From positions 58,962,001 to 59,026,000 of the forward strand of contig OX597824.1 of NCBI GenBank assembly GCA_951406725.2: 64,000 nucleotides of DNA, given 5' to 3'. Made by a program: the position numbers and the translations under genes. Within the stretch, counting starts at the first letter, position 1. The number at the start of each line of letters is the position of its first letter. Shown here piece by piece: positions 24,531-38,615 of the stretch. Under the pieces are notes generated by a model. It ran no database searches, was not told where the DNA came from, and was given only the letters and a program-made list of their open reading frames with translations. The stretch is from Octopus vulgaris. Its lineage: Eukaryota.

Positions 24531-26532
24531 TTATGTATGTATGTATGTATGTATGTATGTATGTATGTATGTATGTATGTATGTATGTATGTATGTATGT
24601 ATGTATGCATGTATGTATGTTTGTATTATGGATGGATGGATGGATGGAAGGACGGACGGACGGGCGGACGGACGGACAGACGAGTGCGTGGCCGGACGTA
24701 TTTGCATGTATGTATGGATGTATCTGGTAGGTAAATTTTCCGCTGAAAATTTCCTACTGATCATGACTCGGAAGGCACATGAGAGTACACTGGATTGCAA
24801 CACATGAAAATGAATGCCATATCTGGAACAAAAAATGCAGATCACTTAGTGGTGTTATAAACCATTGTGGATCTCTTAACCTTTGATTAAAAAAGGAACG
24901 AAAGCATAAAAAAGGGGGTGGAAACGCTCTCCCCCACCAAAATAAAAGCACCCAGAAGCAAGATTATTTGGTCATACTAATGTAACGAGTAATATAATGG
25001 TCATACATAATGTAACGAGTCAACAGCATGTATGTATGTATGTATGTATGTATGTATGTATGTATGTATGTATGTATGTATGTATGTATGTATGTATGTA
25101 TGTATGTATGTATGAATGTATGTATGTATGTATGTATGTATGTATCTGTGTGTATACATACATATGTGTATGTATGCATGTACGTATGTATGCTCTAATT
25201 GATTACATGTCAGCCTCAGGAGATGATCGGATGCAGTATCTTGTGATTACCTGTGAAGCATTTTGGTTTACAGTGTTCCGAGTCCAAATCCTGTCAGATT
25301 TTACTTTGCCAATTTATATGTAACTCCAAATAAATACCAGGGGAGAGTGTTTGATGAGACACAGACGAGTAGAGGCCATTTTGAAAAAAGCTACGAATTC
25401 CTTCGAATATAAAAGTTCATTGTTAAAAGAAGGTGAGTCGCTTAGCTTTGTAGAAAGCGCCGATCAGCTTCTTTTACATATTCCCTCATCATCATCTTCT
25501 CCACCACCACTACTATCGTCATCACCATCGTCATCATCATTATCTTCTTCGTCGTCTTTGTCACTTCACTGTTAAATGTGTTTCAAGAAGAATTGACAGT
25601 AGATTGGATTCCCTCTATCTAAATGAAATGTGAAACACTTTCCCTGCAACCGACGGAATGATTTGTAAATAGAAAACGGTCAAAACTTCCGAGAATCATA
25701 CATTTCAACTCTATCACTCATTGTATTTATGTATAAACATACAGGCTTACAGACACAACGCCATACCGATGGCAGGACATGAACTTTTGTCTTCCCAATG
25801 TTATTGTCAGACAGGTTAGTCACTCAACCAGCCCTATATTCAATTTTCAATAAGGCAGTTCTGAGTAAAAATGTATTTTCCTTATTCCGAATCAAAAATT
25901 AACCAATGTATTATTAAACTGAAATAAAATCCAACAAAAATTTATCAAAAGGATTAAAAGTAATTTAGTACGGTTAATTTTAACAAGTTATTCATGTCCT
26001 AACATTTGGGTGTGTTGCTATGTTGAATAGTTCCGGCTTACAATTAATTCTTGAAGCATGCTGTGAGGTACACACACATGTGTCAACCGTAATTTGATAA
26101 GATGTTATTGTGGAATGGTGAAATACACTACATACAGACAAAAAAAAAAGCACTACAAAAATAAATCTAATATAAATTCTCAAGTCTCACGAGAATCCAT
26201 AGAAATATTTCATTTTAAAGAACTATTTAGAGGAGATATAAAAAATGGCTGTTTTTTTTACTCTCATTTTATTCTCGAAAACGTCCCAAGGAAAATGTTT
26301 ACTATGACGTAACCAAAACTGCTGACATACACACAAAAATATACCATAGATATACTCACGCGCACACACACACACGTACACATACGTGGAGGACATATAC
26401 GCTTATCCGTACAATAGCATCACACATAATTCCACTTTCAAGCACGAATAAATGAAAATAGATATCTCTAGAAAATACACATATGGTTAAAAACAGCACA
26501 CACGCAACTACTAGCTTATAATGTATACATAC

Positions 26533-26589
<57 letters not shown>

Positions 26590-26852
26590 TTGAAATGGAA
26601 AGATGAATTTTCTTGTTACAGATTATTCAAAAGTTTAACCGATATCTGGGTAGCAAAAATCACAGCAGAAAAAAACACGGTTGGAGATAAGACCATTTGG
26701 TGTTATATATATATATATTTCAACTTATATATATATATATTTCTTTCTTTCCTTCCTGAGCGTCCAATAATACTATACTTGTTCCACGTCTTCACGTTGT
26801 TGTGTTTCCTCTTTGTTCATGCTTGGATTAACTATATATATATATATATGAG

Positions 26853-27252
26853 ATACAGATAAGGAAATTATTTATTCTCAAACGCAGTATAATGCTAACA
26901 GAATAGCAAGAACAGGATAAACTATCCATATTTTGCAGAAAAATTTGCCCGCGGCCAGCCACGACACTCGAACTCACAACCCTGTGATTACTGCTCATAG
27001 TGCTTGGCCATTAAGCTAAACTGCCCAGTGACAAATTAATGAGCAATTCGGGATTTTAAAATCTAGTTTTATTAATTGCAGATTAATTTGTCACTGGGAA
27101 GTTTAGCTTAATGGAAAAGCACTATGACCAGTAATCACAGGGATGTGAGTTCGAGTCTCGGGGTTGGCCGCTGGCAAATTTTTCTGCAAAATATGGATAC
27201 TTTATTCTGTTAGCATTATCCTGCGTTTGAGAATTATTTCCTGATCTGTATT
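26853..27252. repeat. Inverted pair of tRNA(Thr, AGT)-like sequences forming a 400-bp foldback
   Basis: Plus copy about 27096-27170: TTTAGCTTAATGG...TGACCAGTAATCACAG...GAGTTCGAGTC. Mirror copy about 26951-27027. Flanks are also inverted. Confidence 0.8.
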
Positions 27253-27457
27253 TTCAGTACATTTCAACGCTTCTAAAGCAAACATTGTTTGCTTAATTTC
27301 ATCGTAATTTGAATTTATACACACACATACATACATATATACATCAGCTGAAATTGCGAGGATGATCCGGTTCTTGACTGAAGATTAAAGGCTTCGAATG
27401 ACCCGTCCGTGTTTTTTGTATCGCCTTCTGGATGTTTTGCGTTCTTGTCTCATTTTG

Positions 27458-27507
<50 letters not shown>

Positions 27508-27513
27508 TATACT

Positions 27514-27610
27514 TTGTTTCAAAAGATTTTAGTTGAGCAAATCGACCCCAGGACTTTTTTAAAGCCTAGTACTTATTCTGTCGGTCTCTTTTGCTTAACC
27601 GCTAGGTTCC
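27514..27610 (-). mobile_element. SINE family B, 3' fragment
   Basis: ATCGACCCCAGGACT...AAGCCTAGTACTTATTCT. Confidence 0.75.
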
Positions 27611-29025
27611 GTGGGAATAATGATAGTAATAACCAGAATATGATTACTGGATTAATAATAAATAGTAATGAAGTTAATATAATTAAAAAAGTCAGGAGTG
27701 GGAGGAACGTCTATAGCAAAAACACTAAGCAAATGGAAGCTACCGTAGCACATTCAAACGTGAGCCTTCGAAGGGAAGATAGAAATGCTAGAAAGTGCAG
27801 TACATGGAATGTCATTAATGAGTGAAGACGAAATAACCTAGAAAATAGACAAAATAATTTAGGGATTACCGCTAATGAAACTAACATAGAAAATAATAAT
27901 AGAATCAGAATCTGTGGCAAGGAAAAGACGATACCCTTTAAATTTCGGGTATAAGACTAAAAATGTGATTTACAGGTGCAAAGTCCCCTCATGAGACAAA
28001 AGGTGCTTTTATGTAGGTTTTAGCTTACGTTTTATCAAACAAAGAACAGCTAACCATGAAAATTCTTTTATCTATAAGGAAAAAAATAACATTAGCCTAA
28101 GTAAGTTAATTTGGTCACTGAAAGACAGTAGCAAAATATATTCGATAGGCTGGGATATTATTAGTAAAGCTAAACCTTATAGAATAGGGGGTAAGAGATG
28201 GGATCTATGCGTAGAAGAAATGTACCAAGTTTTCACTTTTAAATTTAATCTGATAAGCATAATGCAAAGACATGCACTACGATGCCTTCATACAAGAAGA
28301 TTTACATTTAAACAACTTAAATAAACACATTACACTTTATATAATAATTATAATTACTATAATAACAATTGAGAAATCCAGAACCAAAAAATAAATCAAA
28401 CGTAATAGAATACTTCTACACTAAGAATATATTCTTTGGAACGAGTGGAATAATAAACTTTTAATATTAATGACAAATCTACATAAACATTCAATCCAGC
28501 CTTGACCTATTTTTGAGACTATGTTTCACTTCACCTACCACATATAGTAGAGGTGAACACTAGATCAAGATTCCTACGAATATTAATAGTAGTACCCCTA
28601 CCTCCCACAAAGCACTTTATTCATTCAGTTTGTTGATTCTTTCAGTTTTACTTCGAAACGGAAGAGGGTGATGATCCTGATGAAACTGCGCCGACCGTGA
28701 TATTAGGTTGCATAGCCAATAGTGTGCAGTTGCTGCAGATGAAACCCGTGTAGGTCCCGAAAAGATGTAAATAACTGTTAAATAAAATTATGGAGGTAAA
28801 AAATCCCCGCTCCCCTTATCATTGTCAATACTATTACTTACTCCATGGACCGTACGCAGTCCAAAAGAGGACCCTCGAATTTACCCAACGAGTAGAGTCA
28901 CCAGAGCGTAGCAATTTATTTTTAGCTCGGGTACCACATAAGGACCGTTGTGGTTAACCAGCACCTGAAACCGACGTCAGACGAAACACAGTAACCGTTA
29001 GTATAATGTATCCCTTTAACTTCAC
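27610..29025 (+). mobile_element. Decayed Penelope-type element (GIY-YIG remnant and 3' pseudo-LTR)
   Basis: About 27905-28320: TKNVIYRCKV...FYVG...KQRTANHENSF...LSKLIWSLK...WDIISKAKPY...DLCVEE. Degenerate hammerhead CTGATGA...GAAACC...GGTC at about 28674-28760. Confidence 0.8.
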
Positions 29026-29072
<47 letters not shown>

Positions 29073-29545
29073 TAAACTAAATTTCTCTTATGCCTAAATA
29101 CTGCTTGGCGCTGATACTGCTGAACTTCTCCCCACCAGCCGGTCTAATTGCGCAATCCAATCAGAGTTGTTGAATGAGTTTAATTAAAGATACGGCTTTA
29201 CTTCTTCCAGTATTCTGTTCAGTATTCTCCATTCTTACCAGCTAAAGAGCTAGAAACGCTGCATCTGAGAATACGACAGGGGGCAATATTGTGCAGATAT
29301 AATATTTTTATACTTTCTAGCATAACAATGAATTTTCTCTCAACGGTAACTGCAGTGAATTCGTCTTTAGAAGTTGAAATACGTTACAAACATATTTAAC
29401 AAACCTAAGTTTGCTTATATCTAAACACTGCTTAGTGCTGATACTGCTGAATTTATGTGTGTATACATATATACATATACATATACATACGTATACATAT
29501 ATATAGAGAGAGAGAGATGCATGCGCGCGCGCACACACACGCACA

Positions 29546-29590
<45 letters not shown>

Positions 29591-29898
29591 GATAGATATC
29601 TAATGGCCGTTCACTCGTGAACGGGGAAGACCATTGCTGACCTTCAGGAACATTGTGCGCGAGGATATAGAAAAAAAAGCAGCACATATCGAGCAGAGAC
29701 AGGCAATGCCTGTGCGGAGTTTTAGGTCCAATAAGGCTTGCACGACACCTCATAGACCGTCTCCACTCTATTGACATTATACAGAGACAAGCCAGAGCAA
29801 GTTGTCTGGTGCCAATATGAGTCGCAGGCTTAGAGATATGAGAGTGACATGATCTCTAGTACAAACCAAAGATCCCCCAAAATGTCCAATACCACTCC

Positions 29899-30520
29899 CT
29901 GCCCTCTATATATAATATAAATAAATATTTTCGAGTGAAAACATTTACAGATTTTTTCTCTTATGAGGTTTTTCACGCTAACTACCTGATAATTTCTTGT
30001 TAAGATTTCTTATTAAGATTTTATGCTAATTTTTAAATTTGTTCCGAAGAAGCACGCTTCTCACCGAAATGCAGCTCGAAAAAGCCCGCCATTTACATAA
30101 ATATATGAGGAGTGAACATTTTCATGTGCTACGATGGAGGCGACGGTTGTCTGTTTGGTTCCGCCGGGTATGTTGGTTTTGTTCATTCATGATATATTTT
30201 GAATTCGTTTCACTGAAGAACAAGAGACGTAGATAATACGTTAATTGCGAAATCACAGGTGATCTGGAACTAAATTCTGTTTTTAAATGTCTTGCTTCGA
30301 GAGCTGCATTCGGTACGATTCGTTTAGTTTTGGTAGTTATGACTTTAAAAGTCCCTCCAAGCGTGTGGCATTTATATGTAATAATGCCCTCTAAATATAA
30401 TATAAATAAATATTTTCGAGTGAAAAAATTTACAGATTTTTTCTCTTATGAGGTTTTTCACGCTAACTACCTGATAATTTCTTGTTAAGATTTCTTATTA
30501 AGATTTTATCCTAATTTTTT
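29899..30520. repeat. About 135-bp direct repeats flanking a non-coding spacer
   Basis: TGCCCTCTA.ATATAATATAAATAAATATTTTCGAGTG...AAGATTTTAT.CTAATTTTT at about 29900-30035 and 30385-30520. Confidence 0.85.
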
Positions 30521-30985
30521 AAAATATATATATATATATATATAATATATGTATTCATGCATGCATGCAAGTACCTATTTATAAGATATTACTCATTTTT
30601 ACGGAAATTACCTAGACCATAAGTGTGTTCTACTCTTATGTTGGAGATAAGGCTGGATAGTTATCATGCTGATAACGCCTATTGAGGCAGAAACACGTCG
30701 CAACGACTACAGTCTAATCTCTAGATATTAAGCCTCTGTTTTCCTGAATGTCAGCTGTGGTTAATTTCTGGTTCTAGAGATTATCTCCTCTATATCGGAT
30801 AGAGCTGGTCCCAATTTTCAATTTTCATTTGGTAATTATGTCAAATCCTCTAGAGACGGAGGTAATTCATACAAATCAAGAATTTATGCTGTATGATATG
30901 GCATTTGATATACATTTATTTGTATGTATGTTCGTATGTATGTATGTATGCATGTATGTATGTTTGTGTGTGTGTGATTATATAC

Positions 30986-31024
<39 letters not shown>

Positions 31025-31061
31025 AGTATATATATATATATAAAAACAAACAAAAATATAT

Positions 31062-31102
<41 letters not shown>

Positions 31103-31119
31103 TATATATATATAATGAC

Positions 31120-31510
31120 ATAGGCGTGGCTGTGTGGTAAATCGTTTACTCGCCACCATATGATTCCGGACTCAGTCACACTTCGTGCCACCTAAGGCAG
31201 ATGTCTTCTGCTATAGCCTCAGTCTGGCCAAAGCCTTATGAGTGGATTTGGTAGGCGAAAATAGAAAGAAGCTCGTCATAAATATATGTGTGTATGTGGC
31301 TCTGTGTCATGTTTGTCACCCCACCACCGCTTGACAACCGGTGTTGGTGTGTTTACATGCCCATAAGTTAGCGGTTCAGTATGGAGATCAATAGATTAAG
31401 TAGCAGGCTTTAAAAAATAAAATGTACTTGGGTCGATTCATTCAACTAAACATTCTTCCAGTAGGTGCCCCAGCATGGCTGCAGTCTACTGACTGAAAAA
31501 GTTAAAAATA
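31120..31510 (+). mobile_element. tRNA-derived SINE, family B, full length
   Basis: GGCGTGGCTGTGTGGTAA head, GTGGATTTGGTAG, short central microsatellite, tail GGTGCCCCAGCATGGCTGCAGTC...GACTGAAA. Confidence 0.9.
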
Positions 31511-31714
31511 GCTGAAAGATATATATACATGTATAGATAAATTTATGTATATATACACATACACATGTACACACACACACACACATACACACACACACAT
31601 ACACACACATACACACACACATACACACACACACACGCACACACACATTCACATATTCACAGACACACACAGACATATATTTATTTATTCATTCATATCT
31701 TTCTTTTCGGTAGA

Positions 31715-33415
31715 TGTTCAGATTTCCCGAAGCGGGGATAGACGCAACTGCCTTTACACGACGTACTTGAAATTACTCAACTGAACACGATACTCCGATA
31801 AATGCAGACTCTTAACGATCTCAACGACTTCCTACGACTTCCACGAACTCTCAATACACTCCTCTGACTTCCCTCTGTTGTCCCAACCAATACGCTATTT
31901 TTTATTATAAGAGCTAGACTAATCTATTCTTCCAGTCCCACAGGGGTGTCAGTGACTCTCGCTACAACATCTCCTCCTTTTGAGACTGACTTCCGTTGGA
32001 AGTTAATATAATTATTATTTTTATTATATTTTTTTTCTTTCACCACATCCCCCTTTTTGAGATTTTCTTCTTAGGGAAGTTTAATATTATTTCCGTTTAG
32101 GCACTGCTTCCAACCGTTCTGTTTGTTTCCCCTTTCTTGTGCTGCTACGCCTAGGTTCGACTTCTTGTCGCTATGGAACATCAAAGTTGTCATAGAGCAC
32201 TTCCATGGGTGTCTCTTTTCTTTTTTCTGTATATCTACTTTTTAGCTGGTTTAAATGTCTTTTGTGTTCCCATTTTTCACTTCCTATCATATATGTCATT
32301 TTGCCCTTTCTTTTTGTTATAAATCCGTCTTTCCAAACTTTTTTCCATTCTTATATATTTTTGAAATACACCTTGTCACCGATATTAAAATACTTTGTCC
32401 TATTTTTAGTGTTTTCCTTATTTGTTTTTCTTACTAGCAACAGTTTGTCAACAATTGACTTTATTTTTCGAGAAAACGTTAATTCCGCAGGCAACTTGCC
32501 TGAAAAATTCTTTGTGTTTGGTGTTATCCTATAAACCCTCAAGAATTGTGCCAATGCTGCATCACCGTCTAGCTCGTTTCTTGATTTCTTTAATGCCCTT
32601 TTAGATGTATCCACGATCCGTTCCGCTTGCTCGTTGATCCTGGGTGATATGGCGGAGTAAAGATGTGTTCAACTGTACACATTTTGTAGAAAATTTTGTA
32701 ACTCATGAGGTCCCATAAATTAAACAATTCCATCCAGTCAATACCGAACAGGTTTGTTGCATTATTCAACACAAAACTTTTGCTTTCATTGTTTTACCCT
32801 GAAATGTAAACTTAGTTATCATGTCGCCCCCAAAATGCTTTTTTTTTTTTGAGAAACCTTTCGTAAACTTTAAAATTTTCATTAATGTAGGCTTTCCTAT
32901 GTTTTCCCATGTGTCAGTAATAATAATTGTAATAACACCGCCTGTATCTAGCTGTACCTTCATGCTCACATTATCAATTTTTTGGTACACTACTTTCTTT
33001 TGTGAACCTCGACTAGACCTTCTGTTGAGAAAACCTTTCCAGAAACCTTTTCGTTCGACCTTTTGTTTTTGTTTTTTTTTTACTCTGCAATGTGAGCTTT
33101 TATATCCAATGTTTTGACAGTTAGAACATTAAAAATTTTTAAACGGACAGTTATTTCTAAAATGTAGACCTACGCACCCATAGCATGGATTGGGTTTTGA
33201 TCTTCGTTTTTCTGTTCCCTTATCCTTTACAGATCGGCACGCATGTATGTGAGAGTAATCCTTTCCTTCGATTTTACTTGCGTCATGTCGAAGATTAATA
33301 ATTCTATGACATCACTCTGCCACTGCCTGCAGAGTCAAATTCTGGTGCTGTTTCAATTTTGTCAGCATTCTTCCCAAATCATTATTATTTATATCAACAC
33401 ACAACCCCAGAAACA
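31715..33415 (-). mobile_element. Gypsy (Mag-like) LTR retrotransposon remnant with RT/RNase H deleted
   Basis: Gag twin CCHC (CYGC...H...C, CSNC...HC) about 33080-33190; protease QLDTGG (32766-32990) joined to integrase PYHP...FLRVYRITPN...PAEL. PPT AAAAGGAGGAGA then 3' LTR starting TGTTGTAGC at 31969. Confidence 0.9.
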
Positions 33416-33419
33416 CTAT

Positions 33420-33915
33420 TGTGCGAAATCTTCCTTTACTAACTAGAGATCCAAAAATGAACGACATCCTGAAAACACACAAACTCATCAAATGTAAAAA
33501 GCAAGACAAATTTCTAAAGATACCACCAACAAATGCGAAGCTTTACAAAACAACCACGAAACCAACGGTTGAAAAATGAGGACGCCCAAATTGTGGAACC
33601 TGCCCCAAACTTTTCAAACAAGGACAGAGGTTCACAATTAAAACTAGTTTCACTTGTGCCTCTGAGAACCTGCTTGGGTTGCGGACGCAATTATATTGGA
33701 CGGACGGGTATGACCTTGAGAAAGAGAACCACTCTACATAAAGAGCAAATCCGTTTCCCGCAATACAGGCAAATTCCTCTCAGTGAACATATAGGACAAT
33801 GTGCAGATAGCATCAAGCCAAATTTCACAGTCTTCCCCTTCTATCCGGGGCAAAGACACGATCTCTTCACAAGAACGTTTAAATAAAGAAACTTTTTCAT
33901 TGAAAAATACAGAAC
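33420..33915 (+). mobile_element. Penelope GIY-YIG fragment
   Basis: ORF 33533-33886: TCLGCGRNYIGRTGMTLRKRTTLHKEQI...LSEHIGQC. Confidence 0.85.
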
Positions 33916-33939
33916 ACATCTTAATATGCATGCATATGT

Positions 33940-34165
33940 ATGTGTGTACATGTTTGCGTGTCTGTGTTTGTCCCCCAACAGCGCTTGACAAGCGATGCTG
34001 ATGTGTTTACGTCCCCGTAACTTAGCGGTTCGGTAAAAGGAGCCCGATAGAATAAGTACTAGGCTTACAATAAATGAGTCCTGGGGTCGATTTGCTCAGC
34101 AAAAGGCGGTGCTCCCGCATGGCAGTAGTCAAATGACTGAAACAAGTAAAAGAGTTAAAGAGTAA
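33940..34165 (+). mobile_element. SINE family B, 3' half
   Basis: GCTTGACAAGCGATGCTG...CGTAACTTAGCGGTTCGG...ATGACTGAAACAAGTAAAAGAG. Confidence 0.9.
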
Positions 34166-34593
34166 AACAGCATAACCAACTTTTATCTTTTTCCATAATT
34201 CAATTCACGATTACATCACTGTACATAAATCCCCTCCTAAACAAGGTTTTCGAAACCTATTTTTGTCTATACATATATATTCCCCTCCCATTACCGAAAG
34301 CTGAACAGTTATCTCCCTTTCCCAGAACAATAACAATAATAAGGATAACCAATTACCTTCCCTTATTTTTCTACTTGTGAACTAATTCACGCGTAAATAT
34401 CATCGCACACAACATGGACAAAATTTCTTCTTAAGAAAATACATATTCAAATAAGTAAAACATGATATCATGAATAGTGATAGCGAAATCGGTCGATATA
34501 TTAAAAATTATATTAAGACTATGTAAAGAGCGCGCATTTTCCCTTTTTAATTTCTTATACATATATACATACATACATATATATTTATGTAAA

Positions 34594-34641
<48 letters not shown>

Positions 34642-34751
34642 TATAAACATGCGCGCGGCGCACATATATGTGGATATATATCCATACTTATATATACATA
34701 TATATACATAGAGACACGCGCACACACACACACAGAAACATATATATATAC

Positions 34752-34783
<32 letters not shown>

Positions 34784-35156
34784 ATGTGTGTGTACACATA
34801 TACATATATAAACGTACACATAAACACACACGCATAGTTTTCTTTTCCTTTACAAGATCCTTGATGCGAAAACGTATTGAAGCATATTTTGTTGCATCCC
34901 AGGAGGGTCACTACATCATTAATATGCACACTCATTGATTCTTTTGCATTTCTTTTATCATTATAAATCAAAATTCCTTTCGTTGCTACTAGCAACGTCA
35001 TCAATGACATGCCCTCTTTACCCCAGGTCAGCTTCAGTTTCACATATTCATATATACATAAATATATATATATATATATATAGAAATTCAGGGTGAGTAC
35101 TTGATAATTGTAAGCACCTGTATATACCGTTTGGTGGTGTAGGTGATGGAGTAAAT

Positions 35157-35426
35157 TAATCAAAATAAAAACATGATGCCAAGGATTCAGCGGTACATAT
35201 GATTCAGGCCTTTATTAGACAGATTTATAACAATGCATAATGTGTGTCTATGGCCTTCTTCAGCCGCGCACGACATAATGCGTACGACATAATGCGGCAC
35301 CAGCACAAACATTTTTGGCGCGGCTGAAGAAGGCCATAGACACACATTATGCATTGTTATAAATCTGTCTAATAAAGGCCTGAATCATATGTACCGCTGA
35401 ATCCTTGGCATCATGTTTTTATTTTG

Positions 35427-35430
<4 letters not shown>
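35157..35430. mobile_element. Perfect 113-bp inverted repeat element in (TA)n with a hammerhead in each arm
   Basis: Arms 35157-35269 and 35318-35430; 48-nt loop with duplicated ACGACATAATGCG; diverged relative at 41680-41972. Confidence 0.9.
35320..35397 (+). ncRNA. Type I hammerhead motif with long stem II (mirror copy 35190-35267, minus strand)
   Basis: GCGG-CTGAAGA-AGGCC...GGCCT-GAAT-CATATG-TA-CCGC. GAAA is changed to GAAT; the relative near 41702-41719 (-) reads GGCCCGAAAC. Confidence 0.65.
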
Positions 35431-35642
<212 letters not shown>

Positions 35643-37600
35643 TACACATATATTTATATATATATATATTGTATGTGTATGTATATATACACATATGTAT
35701 ATATGTTTGTATATAAACATATTTGTGTGTGTGTGTGTGTAATACCCCTGTATATGGGCATATGCACATTTCTCTACCACGCACGCACACACACGTCATC
35801 AGTCTAAACAATCGTAGCTGTATTCACTGAAAACTCCCAAAACTTTGCCTCTTTCTATACGCTTGATGGAACAAAGTTTAACCAAAGTTTTGTTTGTGAC
35901 ATTTCCCTCTGATACCCGCCAGAAAGGGAAATTTAGAGTGCTCTTAGACTATGCTTAAACAAAGACAAGATTATGCAGGCTAGAACACATTTGTCCTTGC
36001 ATCTGGTCCAGTAGGTCTTTCCTGGAGCTAAATAACTATAATAAGTACCAGCTATACTATGCAGTTGATTACGTCAGTAGGTAGATGGTATTGGAATAGA
36101 TGTCGAAAAATAAATTGACATTGTTTTAAATTGTCTCACAGACTTTCTCCTAGTAAGAGTTACCGGTATACTACAGTAACATCATCGACTTCATCATCAT
36201 CATCATCATCATCATCATTATCATTCTATTATCAACACCACCACCACAATCGTCATCATAATCATCATCACCAGTAAAATCATCAACAACAACAGTAATT
36301 ATGCAGAAACCACAACATTATCAAAAATACTACAGTGTCTACCACATGTGTGTTACATGCCCTGCTGGGAATAAAGAGATTCACACCGGAAATAGGTTAG
36401 ATCGGGTGGGAGGGTTGGTGGCCACAGAAACAATACATCTCTAAACAGTGGAGACTGACAGACGGCTCCGCCTAGCACACACCGCTACTCCCCTTCACAG
36501 GCGCCAATTATCGATCCTATCTCTCAAAGTCGTCAACTGTGTTGTCATCATTGGAAATGTCTCATTGATCATCATCATCACCGTCGTCTACATCGTCGTC
36601 CTCGTCGTCCTAATCATCATCATCATCATCGTCATCGTCATCGTCATCATCATTATGAATCGTCATCAACATGAGGATGATGATGATCATCATCATCCTC
36701 AACGTTGACTTTGTCGTCGTCGTTATCATCATCATCAGCAGCAGCAATAACAGCAGCGGCTGTAACACCACTACCACAACCACTACCACCACCATCACCG
36801 CCGACACCATCATTATCATGGTCATCATCGCTGATTGACTATCGCTGCTGCCATCACTAATAACGGCAGCAATGATACTCGCCATAAAACATCATTTATA
36901 TCAGCAACATCAATAGCACGAACGAGGACGACAACAACAACATAAGTAATAACTTCAAATAACAAGTCAAAGCAACAACTTGCAACGTATCGATAATACA
37001 ACAACAAAATCCACAACAACAGCAACAACAGCAACAACAACAACAATAGAGACGATGACGATGAAGACAACACACATAAGTGTGATGGAGTAGAAAGAGT
37101 AGCTAAAACTCCCTAGAGGAAATAGCTTTGTATAAATCATGTGTATCATGGTGTCAATTATTAGTTGGTTGATAGAGGTGATAGTAGCGGTGGTAGTGCT
37201 GATGGCGGTGCTGATAGTGTTGCTGTCGGTGATGCTAGGATGATGGTAGAGTGGCGAAGGACTAGATCCCATTGGAAAGGGCGCGCCTTTTGTTGATGTT
37301 GGTGCAGTTGTTATAGTGGCTGCGGTCATGATGGTGGTGGTGGTGGGTGTGATGGAGGTGGTGATTGTGGTGGTAGTAATGATGGCGGTGATGGTGGACG
37401 TGGTGGTGGTAGTGACTATGGTGCTGATGATGGTGGTCATGGTGTACTTCATCAAGTTTGTATCCAGTATCAATGTCATAGGATGAAAAATCGAAGTGTA
37501 TGACAACAAAATAGAAACAAAACAGACACACGCACAGCACAAGTCTAACACATTCACAAGCATGCGTATAACACATAAAAAAACACAGGCATATATGTAT

Positions 37601-37658
<58 letters not shown>

Positions 37659-37683
37659 GTATGTGTGTGTATCTCTCTCTCTC

Positions 37684-37727
<44 letters not shown>

Positions 37728-37792
37728 TATACATACACATATATATATATATATGCATATACATATACATATATATATGCATATACATATAC

Positions 37793-37843
<51 letters not shown>

Positions 37844-38048
37844 AGCACATACAGAGGTAAGCATATCTATCTATCTATATATGTATGCATGTACGTATGA
37901 ATATATATACATCCATATATTTGCATACATATATATATACACAGTGGAACATACATAGACAAGTATGTAAGTATATATATATATATGCATATATATGTAT
38001 GTATATATATTCATACATACATATATACATGCATACATACATATATAC

Positions 38049-38101
<53 letters not shown>

Positions 38102-38392
38102 GATGTTAGTATGTTTGTATGTATGTACGAATCTGTATATGTATGCATGCAAGAGTATAGGGGTAAAGGGGTGGTTGAAATGCCCTGTCACGGTTGTGAC
38201 CAGATCGGTCAGATAAGACAAATTGTCATAAAGTGGGGGAACAATGGTTATTGTAGTGACAGCTGCGATTGAGCTAACAATGACACAAACACAGACGAAT
38301 ATACAGACAGACGTGTAATAGATATGTAGATTGTAAAGTAGTTGGACAAGAAGAGATAGCTAGCTATCTAGCTAGCCAGCTAGCTAGCTAGT

Positions 38393-38474
<82 letters not shown>

Positions 38475-38615
38475 CATACATACATACATACATACATACA
38501 TACATACATACATACATACATACATACATACATACATTCATACATACATACATGCATAGCTGCACAGGTAGGTAGTAAATAGTCAGGTAGTAGTTGACCC
38601 TGAGATCTGTACGAA

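Noticed and set aside
25760-25835. tRNA-like sequence on the minus strand
   Set aside because: Too degenerate for a cloverleaf.
27370-27410. CTGAAGA...CGAAT hammerhead-like string
   Set aside because: Stems I and II do not pair convincingly.
36967-37848. 293-aa Thr-rich mucin-like ORF
   Set aside because: Starts in TA/TG microsatellite and runs through degenerate (CAC/CAT)n; no splice or domain support.
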